Shown here: positions 28,138 through 36,964 of the stretch, one piece after another | How positions within the stretch are numbered: position 1 is the first letter of the stretch | How the letters are laid out: each line of letters opens with the position of its first letter | Assembly (NCBI GenBank): GCA_964518955.1 | Contig: CAZFHS010000017.1 | Location: forward strand, 34,789 to 98,788 | Direction of reading: 5' to 3' | DNA from: an uncultured Gemmatimonadaceae bacterium | GTDB taxonomy: Bacteria > Gemmatimonadota > Gemmatimonadetes > Gemmatimonadales > GWC2-71-9 | DNA: 64,000 bases | Program-made: the position numbers and the translations under genes | Notes under the pieces: model-generated | What the model was told of the DNA's origin: nothing | Databases searched by the model: none | The model's input: only the letters and a program-made list of their open reading frames with translations

Positions 28138-30378
28138 CTACCGCACTATCGTATACGTGTATTTCACCAAAAGAGTACGGTTTTGGGATAGAGGTAACCT
28201 CGGGCCGCCAACTGCATTCCGCATAGTGTTCATCCCTTCATCGTACACGATCCAGAGGTCTGAACCCTCTCTGAAGTAATAGCGGAGCCTCGCGTTCACA
28301 CTGGCTACGTCTTGTGTACCGTTGTACTGCTAAAACGCGCTGAGCGAGAGGTGTGTGTCCATAGCCACGTCGATTCGCACGCGTGCGAGATGAGCGTTCA
28401 GTTCCTCCTGCCTTTCAGAAAACCGTATCAGATTGAACTGATACGCTGCACTGAACTCGAAGTGGCTCGAAAGGTTCCAAGCTGGCTCGGCTTGAACGGA
28501 GGCGTTCCACCCATCGTAGAAACTGCCGCCCGATACGGTGAAGGTGGGTCGAAACGTCTCTGCACGCGATGCCTGAAAATGAACCAACCCACCGTGGTAC
28601 CAGTAGTCGCCCACAGGTACCTCGGTGTCGTCAGATAGGTTGAATGACTCCCTCACGCTCTCGTAGCTGTTTAGTGCAGAGACATTTAGGCGCGCGTTGT
28701 TCTTGAACTCGATCTGAAGCGCCGGCTCCACCATTCCCGATTCGACTGACCTGTCTCCGTTCCGAACGTAGGACAGGGCATTGGCTCCAATGGACACGCT
28801 ATGGAATGGCGAATGCTCACCCATAATCCAGACATATTGGACGAGGCCTTGTCCAAAGGTGAAATTGCTCCGCATCTGGAAACCGAGCTCTGGAGAGTAG
28901 TTGCCGCCCGCCCGGATGTAGTCGGCAGCGTAGCTCAGGCCGTTTTGCCGCCGCCTTTCCCAACGGGCGATCAACCTGCTTCGATCGAGAGGATCGATAC
29001 TGCCGGCATCGTCGGTGTCGAATGTCGATGCCCATTTCAGAGTGACGAATTCGTCACCGAACACTCGGATCAAACCGTCCACTCCAACGGCCGCGTTATA
29101 CGCCCCGTCCTCGTCCACTCTCGACGTTACGATGCCGCCGATTGTCGAATTGGCGTTGAACACCTGCTTGCGAAGCCGCAGCACCCCGAAATTCTCCGAC
29201 AGGAGTCCGTCCGCTCTCGCCGTTTGCATGTTGAGCACACCTATGTCGGTGCTGCCGATCCTGCCGATGAGCCGCGCACCTCCGATGATCGGCACTGGCT
29301 GTCCGTCGCTCAGGCCGATCCTCCGACTGTGAAATAGCCGGCTGAACCCTCCGGTGGTGAAATCGAATGTCGCAGAGCGTTCCTGAAAAAACTGACGCTT
29401 TTCTGGGAAGAACAGCGAAAAGCGTGTGAGATTGACCTACTGGTCATCGACTTCGACTTGGGCAAAGTCCGTATTCGCCGTCAAGTCGATGGTGAGGTTG
29501 TCGGTGATGTTGTATTTGAGGTCGAGCCCCAACTCTCTCGTGGCGTCGTGGCCGAACTCGTAGGCTGTCCCTGCGGAATCCAGGTCGGCTTCCCGGCTCA
29601 AACCGCCAAGGACATAGGGAGTGAAGTAAACGGGCGACCGGCTGTGAACACCTTCCAACGACACGCGAGTGATCTTGGACGGTTTCGCAAAGCTGAGGAA
29701 TCCCCACTCCGGCGGTAAGTCCGGGAAGATGTGCCGTTCGTTTTTCCCAGCTATCAGCCTGTACACGCTCAAACCCATCTCGACGTTACCATCGTCGTCC
29801 TGAAACCCGAGGCTCGAGAAAGGAATTCGCATCTCGGCGAACCACCCCTCGTGATTCCGGACCGTGTTGGCGTCCCAGAAGGTGTTCCAGTCGGGGTTCA
29901 TGGGCATGCCGGCGTTGAACTCGGCATCGTTGGATATCGTCCGGTCTGACCGGACGCCGGCGGGGTTGATCGTAAACCACACCGCCGTCTCGTGATCGTT
30001 GTAGCTGTCGAGGACAATCCCAAACACATCGTCGCCGCTGTAACGATCTCTGTACAGTGTCTTGACGGCTATGCCATCCGGAGTTGAAGCGTACAGCTTG
30101 CCGGAAACATAGAGGTAGTCGTCGTCGTAAGCGACTCTGATCTCCGTGCGTTCGGTCGGTTCGATTCCGTAGGTAGGTTGGTACACCGTGAGCGGCAAGG
30201 GTGGAACGGCGTCCCAAGCGGGGTCGTCTACGTTTCCATCGAAAACAATCGGTTCGGAAAGCCGGGTGAGCGGCATCGGTTCTGTGGGCTGAGCCGCCGC
30301 ATCGGATGTCAAAGCAATGATGAGTATCGTGAAAATGGGGAACATCGTGATTCGTTCCCCACAAAAAGCCTTCTTCAT
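28138..30378 (-). pseudogene. CBM9-like + DUF5916-type (outer-membrane/carbohydrate-binding) gene interrupted by two in-frame TAG codons (29437-29439 and 28330-28332)
   Basis: ORFs 29437..30444 and 28330..29295 share one frame. Manual translation continues ...QVEVDDQ*VNLTRFSLFFPEKRQFFQERSATFDFTTGGFSRLFHSRRIGLSDGQPVPIIGGARL... and ...LSLSAF*QYNGTQDVASVNARLRYYFREGSDLWIVYDEGMNTMRNAVGGPRLPLSQNRTLLVKYTYTIVR*, with the final TAG at 28138-28140. N-terminus is MKKAFCGERITMFPIFTILIIALTSDAAAQ (signal peptide) and CBM9-like FDGNVDDPAWDAVPP. Confidence 0.8.
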
Positions 30379-30511
30379 TCCCACTCCAGCCAGTGAGGCT
30401 GCAACCAGCCTCGATGATCGAAACCTAATGAAAGAAGTTAACATGGCGGGGCTATGACTCAGAGTCCCGCAACATCTCTCGAGATGGATTCGATCGTTCG
30501 GGCGGTCGGAT

Positions 30512-31114
30512 TTATTGACGGCGTATCGAGAGAATCACCACCGGCTCCGCTGGCTGGGATCCACGTACCGGGACCTGAGCGATCTGGTCTACCACGTCAA
30601 TACCGTCCGTGACCCTCGCAAAAACAGCGTAGCCGAAATCGCGCACGCCGTGGTCCAGTATCGTGTTGTCCTCGAGATTGATGAAGAACTGCGAGGTCGC
30701 CGAATTGACCTCCGGCCTGCGGGCCATTGAGAGCGTGCCGCGTTCGTTCAACAGACCGTTGTCTGCTTCGTTCGTAATCGGCGCCCGCACTTCCTTGGGT
30801 TGACCTTCTGTTGTGAATCCGCCGCCCTGCAGTACGAATCCGGGTACGACGCGATGGATGATCGTGCCGTCATAGAAGCATGACTCGATGTACTCGATGA
30901 AGTTTTCGACCGTGATCGGTGCCTGCTCGGGATACAACTCTATAGCTATGTCGCCCATATTCGTCGAAATGACGACGTCGTTGGTCGTGCCGCCGCTGCA
31001 GTCTGTGGCTGCCGCATCCGCCTCACCTACATCGGCTCTTGGAGTTTCGTCTCCGGCGCACGCAACGGACACCGCTAGCGTCAACAAAGCAATGTTCCTG
31101 CTCCAGCTCTTCAT
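30512..31114 (-). CDS. Cyclophilin-type peptidyl-prolyl cis-trans isomerase lipoprotein
   Basis: Lipobox LAVSVACAG. Motifs [48 protein letters not shown]...[11 protein letters not shown]. Confidence 0.9.
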   Translation of the reverse strand: MKSWSRNIALLTLAVSVACAGDETPRADVGEADAAATDCSGGTTNDVVISTNMGDIAIELYPEQAPITVENFIEYIESCFYDGTIIHRVVPGFVLQGGGFTTEGQPKEVRAPITNEADNGLLNERGTLSMARRPEVNSATSQFFINLEDNTILDHGVRDFGYAVFARVTDGIDVVDQIAQVPVRGSQPAEPVVILSIRRQ

Positions 31115-31330
31115 TCGAAAGATCTCCGGTAAATGAGTTTGAGAGAAACATTCTCCATACTCGTCAGTATTCAGTCAAGAGCGGCCCGAAACCGTCCCAG
31201 ACACCCCTTCTCTGACCCCGTGGTTGCGAAGAGGGGTCCCAGCTGCATCTTTGTCACCCGTTCCCGGGCGCGGCGTACTGCGACCTCATCGAGTTTTCTG
31301 GATCTGTAATTGGAAGAGTGAGGAAGAACA

Positions 31331-32731
31331 ATGGAACCCACCTGGACGTCAGTCATTCCGCCACTTCTTGCGGTCGCGCTGGCGTTCATCACCCGTGAAG
31401 CAGTGGTGAGCTTGATCGTGGCATGTGTCGTCGGCGTCGTCTTGCTCGGGCACGGGATTCAGGGCTTTCCAGATCTGCTCACCCGTGCACTCGGCAACGA
31501 AGATTTCATCTGGGTCTGTTCGATCGAAGTCGCGATCGGAGTGCTCGTAGCGTTCCTGCAAGCATCTGGCGCTATCGCGCTTTTCAGAGAGCGAGCTTCG
31601 CGCAGAGTGAACAACCGGAAACAAGTGGGGTTGCTCGGCTGGATGCTCGGTCTGTCGGTGTTTTTCAGCGACTATTTCAGTCCGCTGTTTGTGGGGCCGG
31701 TGATGAGGGACATGACGGACAAGTTCCGAATCTCGCGGGAGAAGCTCGCCTACATCTGCGATTCGACGTCTGCATCGGTGATCACTCTCGTTCCGATCAC
31801 GACGTGGGCGGTGTATCTGAGCGGTCTCGCACTCACGGCTATCAGTCTCGAGAGCAGGGAAGTCGCTCTCTCTCTGTTCATTAGATCGGTTCCATTCAAT
31901 CTCTACTGCATCCTAACGGTCCTGATGGTCTTGGTGATAGTGCTGAAAATCATGCCGGACTTCGGCCCGATGAGAACCGCCGAAGAACGCACGATCAGCA
32001 CCGGCAAGGTCATGCGAGACGGCGCAGTTCCGATGATGGGCAAGGAACTCACCGATCTCGAGGCCAAGACGACGACACGGTCGAACATCTTGCTCAATTT
32101 CTTGCTGCCGGTTGCACTCATTGTGGTTGTGAATATCACGACGTTCGTGATGACCGGGTCTGCAAACGTACTCGGCAGCTTCTTGATCGCGTGCGCCGTA
32201 CTAGGCTCGGTCATGTGGCTGCAGCGAATTGACTCGATCCGCGGCCTGGCGCAGACAGGCATGGCAGGTATCAAGGGAGTCATGCCTGCTATCATGATCC
32301 TGGCGCTAGCATACTGCATCAATCAACTCAGCCAGGAGCTGGGAACCGCACAGTTCGTCGTAGCAGCCACCGAAGCATGGATGGCGCCCGCAGTGGTGCC
32401 GCTTATGGCGTTCATCATAAGCGCCTTTATCAGCTTCGCAACGGGAACTTCCTGGGGCACCTATGCGATAATGGTACCGATAGCGTTGCCGCTCGCAGTG
32501 CAATTCAGCGGTGACCCAATGAGTTCGTTGACAGTCGTCACGTTCGCGGCGGTGGCTGGTGGAGGAGTATTTGGAGATCACTGTTCCCCGCTATCGGACA
32601 CCACTGTGCTTTCATCGCTGGGCAGCGCGTGCGATCATATCGACCACACTCGGACGCAGTTTCCTTACGCTATTGCCGTTGCACTCGTCGTCGCGGTCGC
32701 TTATCTGGCGGTTGGGCTGACCGTGACTTGA
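31331..32731 (+). CDS. Na+/H+ antiporter NhaC-family membrane transporter
   Basis: 466 aa and highly hydrophobic throughout. The N-terminus SVIPPLLAVALAFITRE and the overall layout are typical of the NhaC-like C-terminal domain family. Confidence 0.7.
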   Translation: MEPTWTSVIPPLLAVALAFITREAVVSLIVACVVGVVLLGHGIQGFPDLLTRALGNEDFIWVCSIEVAIGVLVAFLQASGAIALFRERASRRVNNRKQVGLLGWMLGLSVFFSDYFSPLFVGPVMRDMTDKFRISREKLAYICDSTSASVITLVPITTWAVYLSGLALTAISLESREVALSLFIRSVPFNLYCILTVLMVLVIVLKIMPDFGPMRTAEERTISTGKVMRDGAVPMMGKELTDLEAKTTTRSNILLNFLLPVALIVVVNITTFVMTGSANVLGSFLIACAVLGSVMWLQRIDSIRGLAQTGMAGIKGVMPAIMILALAYCINQLSQELGTAQFVVAATEAWMAPAVVPLMAFIISAFISFATGTSWGTYAIMVPIALPLAVQFSGDPMSSLTVVTFAAVAGGGVFGDHCSPLSDTTVLSSLGSACDHIDHTRTQFPYAIAVALVVAVAYLAVGLTVT

Positions 32732-32744
32732 CCACCCGTCCGCC

Positions 32745-34766
32745 CTACCGCCTCTTCCCGAACGAGAGACTTCGCACTCTTGCGTTTGAAGCCCTGAAGC
32801 CCGAAACCTCACCGTTGCCGTCGCGGGTGAAACTCAGTTCGCGTATGAACCATTGGTTCGTAACGAAGGAATCTCTTCCGATTGGAGTGAGTGTCATCGA
32901 GCCAAGACGCAGATGGCCGGCAATCAGCGAGTCGCCATCCAATTCGACCGTATATGTGGCGTCCAACTCCTGTGCGTAGAAGAGCCCTACATAGTCCTCC
33001 AGCCGGACAGCATCTGCGTCGAATGGGTCAAGGCGTCGGGCACTAACCCGAGAGCCAGGTTCTTCCAACCTCAGTTCGGTAACTGCGCCACTCGCATCGC
33101 GAGAGAATTGGATGTACTGCTGGCTTCCATCAACGAGGAACCTATCCACCTCGAGCTGCACCAATGTCACTTGCTGGCGTTCTGACGTACTCGCGAGTAG
33201 GCGGTCACCATCTCGAGAAATGGCCATCACCACTCCTGCACCGAGATCGTAATCACCCAAATATTCGGTGACCCGCGCTCGATCGCTAATTACCGACGCT
33301 CCTATGCTCGTGCCATCCCCATTGCTTGTCCGTGCAACCGTGAACTCGTTTTCCAAGAACAGTTCTGCGACCTGCCGAGCCAGTCTTCCGGCGTCGATGC
33401 TCGCGAGATTCGCCATTAGGACAACACTCAGGCGGTGATACGGGAAACGAAGGAGGTAGGCCCTGTATCCGGCGTCAGCACCTGCGTGGTACAATGCCAA
33501 CAAACCCCGGTAGGAGCCAATAGCCTGTCCCATTGCATAGTCGAGCGTGTCTCCGCTGTTCAGAACACCGCGCGTCCTCATTTGCCGGATGATGTCGGGG
33601 CCACCCACCTCACCAGTTTCGAAGTTCACAGCCCATTTCACGAGATCTTCGAGAGTTGTAAAAAGGCTCGTGGCTCCGACGTTTGCGTAGCTCAGCACCG
33701 CCTTCTTGAATCCACCGGCCGGATTGAACTGGTAGGAGTATGCCCTGTTGGGAACAACGGTCTGGTGATCGTCGTGAAAGTGCGTGTTTTCCATACCGAG
33801 TGGCGCGAATATGTGTTGTTCCGTCCACGATCGAAAAGACTGCCCAGTCACACGCGCAACAATTTCTGCGAGAAGGGTGAAGCCGGTGTTGGTATACAAA
33901 TATTCGGTGCCAGGATCGAAGTTGAGTTCCCGCTGCCGTTCGACCAACCTGAGAATCTGGTCTCGCGTAATCACGTCATCCATGCGCCACCCAGCCATTG
34001 TCAGCAGACTCCACTGGTCTCTGAGGCCGCTCGAATGGTGCAATAGGTGGCGTATCGTGATCGTGTGCCCATAGTCGTGCAAATCGGGCAGGTAGGTGCG
34101 AATGTCATCGCCGAGCGATAGTCTGCCTTGGGCTGCAAGCATCAAAACCGCGAACGCTGTGAACTGCTTCGAAACGGAGGCTACGTGAAATACACTCGAT
34201 TGATCTATCGGGATATCATATTCGAGTTGTGCGAGCCCGTATCCGCCGGTGTGGACAATCTCACCATCGCGGACCACCGCTACTGCTGCGCCGGGAGTGC
34301 TGTCTCGGTCCCACGCTGCGAAGAGTTGGTCGACCTTTTGGCTCAGGTTCGCGTCGGCAGGTCCCAGGCGCTCGAGTGTGATCGTATAGGCCCCGGCTTC
34401 CGGTCCCCGCACTCGAGGCAGGACGGCGATCCAATACCAGGCGGAGGTCTCCGGAACGAACGAAATGTGTTCCAAACCATTGGCACCGTCCGGGCCTTCT
34501 CCGGTGGTCAAGACCTCGCCGCGGGAATCGAGGACACTGACGTAAACGTCGATTCCTCTGTGATCGACCGTCGCGAACATGAACTGCCCCGCGTCGAGCT
34601 GTACTGCGTACGCGTGTCTGTCCCCTGTGACGAGTTGCCTCTGAACCGGTTCACCCAATACGAGCTGCCTGCTCTGCGCCTGTGGTGACGCCGAGTCGAA
34701 AGCCGCCAGGTTGGCGCACAGGGCCAGCGTCAAGACAATCGATCTGTGTATCAGGGCTTTTTGCAC
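32745..34766 (-). CDS. Secreted serine hydrolase of the beta-lactamase/DD-peptidase (S12) family with an N-terminal pre-peptidase-like domain and a C-terminal extension
   Basis: 673 aa, GTG start. SxxK motif FHVASVSKQFTA. YxN-like YTNTGF. HAGADAGY near the third motif. Signal peptide SIVLTLALCANLAAF. Confidence 0.85.
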   Translation of the reverse strand: MQKALIHRSIVLTLALCANLAAFDSASPQAQSRQLVLGEPVQRQLVTGDRHAYAVQLDAGQFMFATVDHRGIDVYVSVLDSRGEVLTTGEGPDGANGLEHISFVPETSAWYWIAVLPRVRGPEAGAYTITLERLGPADANLSQKVDQLFAAWDRDSTPGAAVAVVRDGEIVHTGGYGLAQLEYDIPIDQSSVFHVASVSKQFTAFAVLMLAAQGRLSLGDDIRTYLPDLHDYGHTITIRHLLHHSSGLRDQWSLLTMAGWRMDDVITRDQILRLVERQRELNFDPGTEYLYTNTGFTLLAEIVARVTGQSFRSWTEQHIFAPLGMENTHFHDDHQTVVPNRAYSYQFNPAGGFKKAVLSYANVGATSLFTTLEDLVKWAVNFETGEVGGPDIIRQMRTRGVLNSGDTLDYAMGQAIGSYRGLLALYHAGADAGYRAYLLRFPYHRLSVVLMANLASIDAGRLARQVAELFLENEFTVARTSNGDGTSIGASVISDRARVTEYLGDYDLGAGVVMAISRDGDRLLASTSERQQVTLVQLEVDRFLVDGSQQYIQFSRDASGAVTELRLEEPGSRVSARRLDPFDADAVRLEDYVGLFYAQELDATYTVELDGDSLIAGHLRLGSMTLTPIGRDSFVTNQWFIRELSFTRDGNGEVSGFRASNARVRSLSFGKRR

Positions 34767-35004
34767 ACGTGCCTTCTTCTACGGTGATGGTTCCACTCGT
34801 GACCGCACCAGACAATTTACTGCTCCGTACTGGCGATGCGCGGCTATCTGTTTTGTGTCTCGGCTTCATAGCCGAGAGTCTCCCGGCAGAATACGCAAGA
34901 AACGCGGCAGTGTTCCCCGCTTCTCATATGTGAGCACCTTTGGGTGATCGTGGGATCCCACTTTCGGCAAACCACATTGCTCCCTAGCTTTAGCGACAAC
35001 AATC

Positions 35005-35057
35005 GAATCGTGGTGATTTGCGGATATTGCAGCCACGCTAAACAAGTCGCTAAAAAC
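35005..35057 (+). promoter_or_regulatory. Candidate SAM-II-like (SAM-II/SAM-V class) pseudoknot riboswitch in the leader of the methionine-cycle gene
   Basis: The sequence is GAAUCGUGGUGAUUUGCGGAUAUUGCAGCCACGCUAAACAAGUCGCUAAAAAC. Stem CGUGG (35009-35013) pairs with CCACG (35033-35037). Loop UUUGCGG can pair with the 3' tail UCGC(U)AAA to form an H-type pseudoknot. The conserved-looking words GUGAUUU, UUGCAGCCAC and AAGUCGCUAAAAA match my recollection of the SAM-II consensus. Not verified with a covariance model. Confidence 0.45.
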
Positions 35058-35060
35058 CCG

Positions 35061-35092
35061 CCTCGGCGCGCTTTGCGACGAGGTTTTGTGTT
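35061..35092 (+). terminator. Leader hairpin plus U-run (attenuator/terminator, or anti-SD element) just before the SD of the downstream gene
   Basis: CCTCGgCGC-gcttt-GCGaCGAGG is followed by TTTTGTGTT. CCTC could alternatively pair with the GGAGGA SD at 35095-35100. Confidence 0.5.
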
Positions 35093-35104
35093 GTGGAGGA
35101 TTTG

Positions 35105-36946
35105 ATGGGCCAGACGCTCGAGAATGCCATTGCGGACGGCAAGGTTCACGTCTTTGACGGCGCGATGGGAACGGTGCTGTACGGCAAAGGCATATTCGTG
35201 AATGTGTGCTATGACGAACTCAACCTCAGGCAACCGAAGTTGGTTCGTGAAGTGCACGAAGCCTACCTGGCGGTCGGTGCTGAGATTCTGGAAACCAACA
35301 CTTTTGGGGCCAACCCCATCAAACTCGACGGGTTTGGACTCGAACCGCAGACGGCAGAGATCAACGCGACAGCTGCTCGTTTGGCGAAGGAAGTGGCAGG
35401 CGATTCAGCGCACGTAGTTGGCGCCATCGGTCCGCTCGGGATTCGGATTGAGCCGTTCGGGCCTACGAGCAGAGAAGAGGCGCGCGACTATTTCAAAAGG
35501 CAAGCCACCGGCCTGTTGGATGGTGGAGTCGACGGATTCATTGTCGAGACCTTCAACGACCTATCGGAAATACGCGAAGCGATTGCCGCTGTGCGCGAGG
35601 TCAGCACACTGCCGTTGTTCGCCCAAATGACCATAGGCGGGGATCAGAAGACGGGATTCGGCACGGATGTCCCGACCATCGCCGCTCGGCTGACTGAATG
35701 GGGAGCCGATGTGGTCGGTGTGAATTGTTCTGTGGGCCCCTCCGTGGTGCTCGACGCGGTGGAGGAACTCGCCAAACACACTGAAAGACCGATTGCAGCA
35801 CAGCCGAACGCGGGAATTCCCAGGGATGTAGGCGACCGGAAGATATATATGGCCAGCCCGGAGTACGTTGCGACGTACGCGAAGTTCATGATTGAGAAGG
35901 GGGCCAAATTCGTAGGTGGGTGTTGCGGCACGACCCCGGAACACATTCGCGAAGTCTGCAACTACGTTGCCAGCACGCAAATTCGCCAGGATGTAACGCA
36001 CGTCAGCACCGTCGACATTCAGGCAATGGCGGAAAGAGACGCGATTCCCCTGGAAGAACGATCGAGCTGGGGCGCGAAGATCGCCGCCGGAGAGCTCGTG
36101 ACGAGCATCGAGATAGTTCCGCCCAAAGGTGCGGATGCATCCCCCATGTTCGAACAATGCCGGATGCTCAAGAGCGCAGGAGCAGATGCCGTAAACGTCC
36201 CGGATGGTCCCAGGGCACAGAGCAGAATGGGCACGCTGCCTTCTTGCCTGATGATTGAACGTGAGGTTGGGCTCGAGACGGTCATGCACTATTGCTGCCG
36301 CGACCGGAACCTCCTCGGCATGATGAGTGACTTGCTCGGGGCGTCGGCCGCGGGTTTGCGAAACCTCCTGATCATTACCGGCGACCCTCCGAAGATGGGG
36401 CCGTATCCTGACGCGACCGCCGTATTCGACATCGACGCGATTGGGTTGACGAATCTCGCCTACAGGCTCAACCACGGCATGGACCTCGGACAAAACCCCA
36501 TAGGCGAGCCAACGAGGTTCGTGATCGGGGTAGGTGTGAACCCAGTCGCTGTCGTTTACGATCGAGAGATTTCTCGGTTCGCCTGGAAGGTGGATGCGGG
36601 AGCCGACTTCGCCATAACCCAACCTGTTTTCGATATCGCTCGGTTCGAGGACTTCCTGCACGATGTCGAAAGTCTTCAGACACCGATCGTAATGGGGATC
36701 TGGCCGCTCGTATCGATACGCAACGCGGAGTTTCTCGCCAACGAGGTTCCAGGGGTAAGCATACCCGACGAGATCATGGCTCGTATGCGGAAGGCGCAGG
36801 AAGAGGGGAAAGAAGCAGCCCTTGCTGAGGGGGTGGCCATCGCCCGGCAGACCCTCGACGTCTTCAAGGGCTCCATACAAGGAGTGCAGGTTGCAGCACC
36901 GTTCGGGCGCGTGGATCGAGCGATAGAGGTTCTGGAAGCGCTGTAG
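35105..36946 (+). CDS. Bifunctional homocysteine S-methyltransferase / 5,10-methylenetetrahydrofolate reductase (YitJ-like fusion)
   Basis: ORF 35093..36946. ATG 35105 lies 4 nt after GGAGGA. N-terminal Hcy-binding domain (FDGAMGTVLY, ILETNTFGAN, VGVNCSVGP, GGCCGTTPEHI). C-terminal MTHFR domain (TSIEIVPPKG, DAVNVPDGPRAQSRM, LLIITGDPP, FAITQPVFD). Confidence 0.9.
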   Translation: MGQTLENAIADGKVHVFDGAMGTVLYGKGIFVNVCYDELNLRQPKLVREVHEAYLAVGAEILETNTFGANPIKLDGFGLEPQTAEINATAARLAKEVAGDSAHVVGAIGPLGIRIEPFGPTSREEARDYFKRQATGLLDGGVDGFIVETFNDLSEIREAIAAVREVSTLPLFAQMTIGGDQKTGFGTDVPTIAARLTEWGADVVGVNCSVGPSVVLDAVEELAKHTERPIAAQPNAGIPRDVGDRKIYMASPEYVATYAKFMIEKGAKFVGGCCGTTPEHIREVCNYVASTQIRQDVTHVSTVDIQAMAERDAIPLEERSSWGAKIAAGELVTSIEIVPPKGADASPMFEQCRMLKSAGADAVNVPDGPRAQSRMGTLPSCLMIEREVGLETVMHYCCRDRNLLGMMSDLLGASAAGLRNLLIITGDPPKMGPYPDATAVFDIDAIGLTNLAYRLNHGMDLGQNPIGEPTRFVIGVGVNPVAVVYDREISRFAWKVDAGADFAITQPVFDIARFEDFLHDVESLQTPIVMGIWPLVSIRNAEFLANEVPGVSIPDEIMARMRKAQEEGKEAALAEGVAIARQTLDVFKGSIQGVQVAAPFGRVDRAIEVLEAL

Positions 36947-36964
36947 TCGCTGTACGTTATCACG

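Noticed and set aside
28330-29439. Possibility that TAG is reassigned (sense or pyrrolysine) in this organism
   Set aside because: TAG terminates at least four well-supported neighbouring genes at the expected protein ends (4908-4910, 7224-7226, 11837-11839, 19089-19091). No other gene in the window needs TAG read-through, and no pyl genes or suppressor tRNA are visible here. I keep this only as something to test genome-wide.
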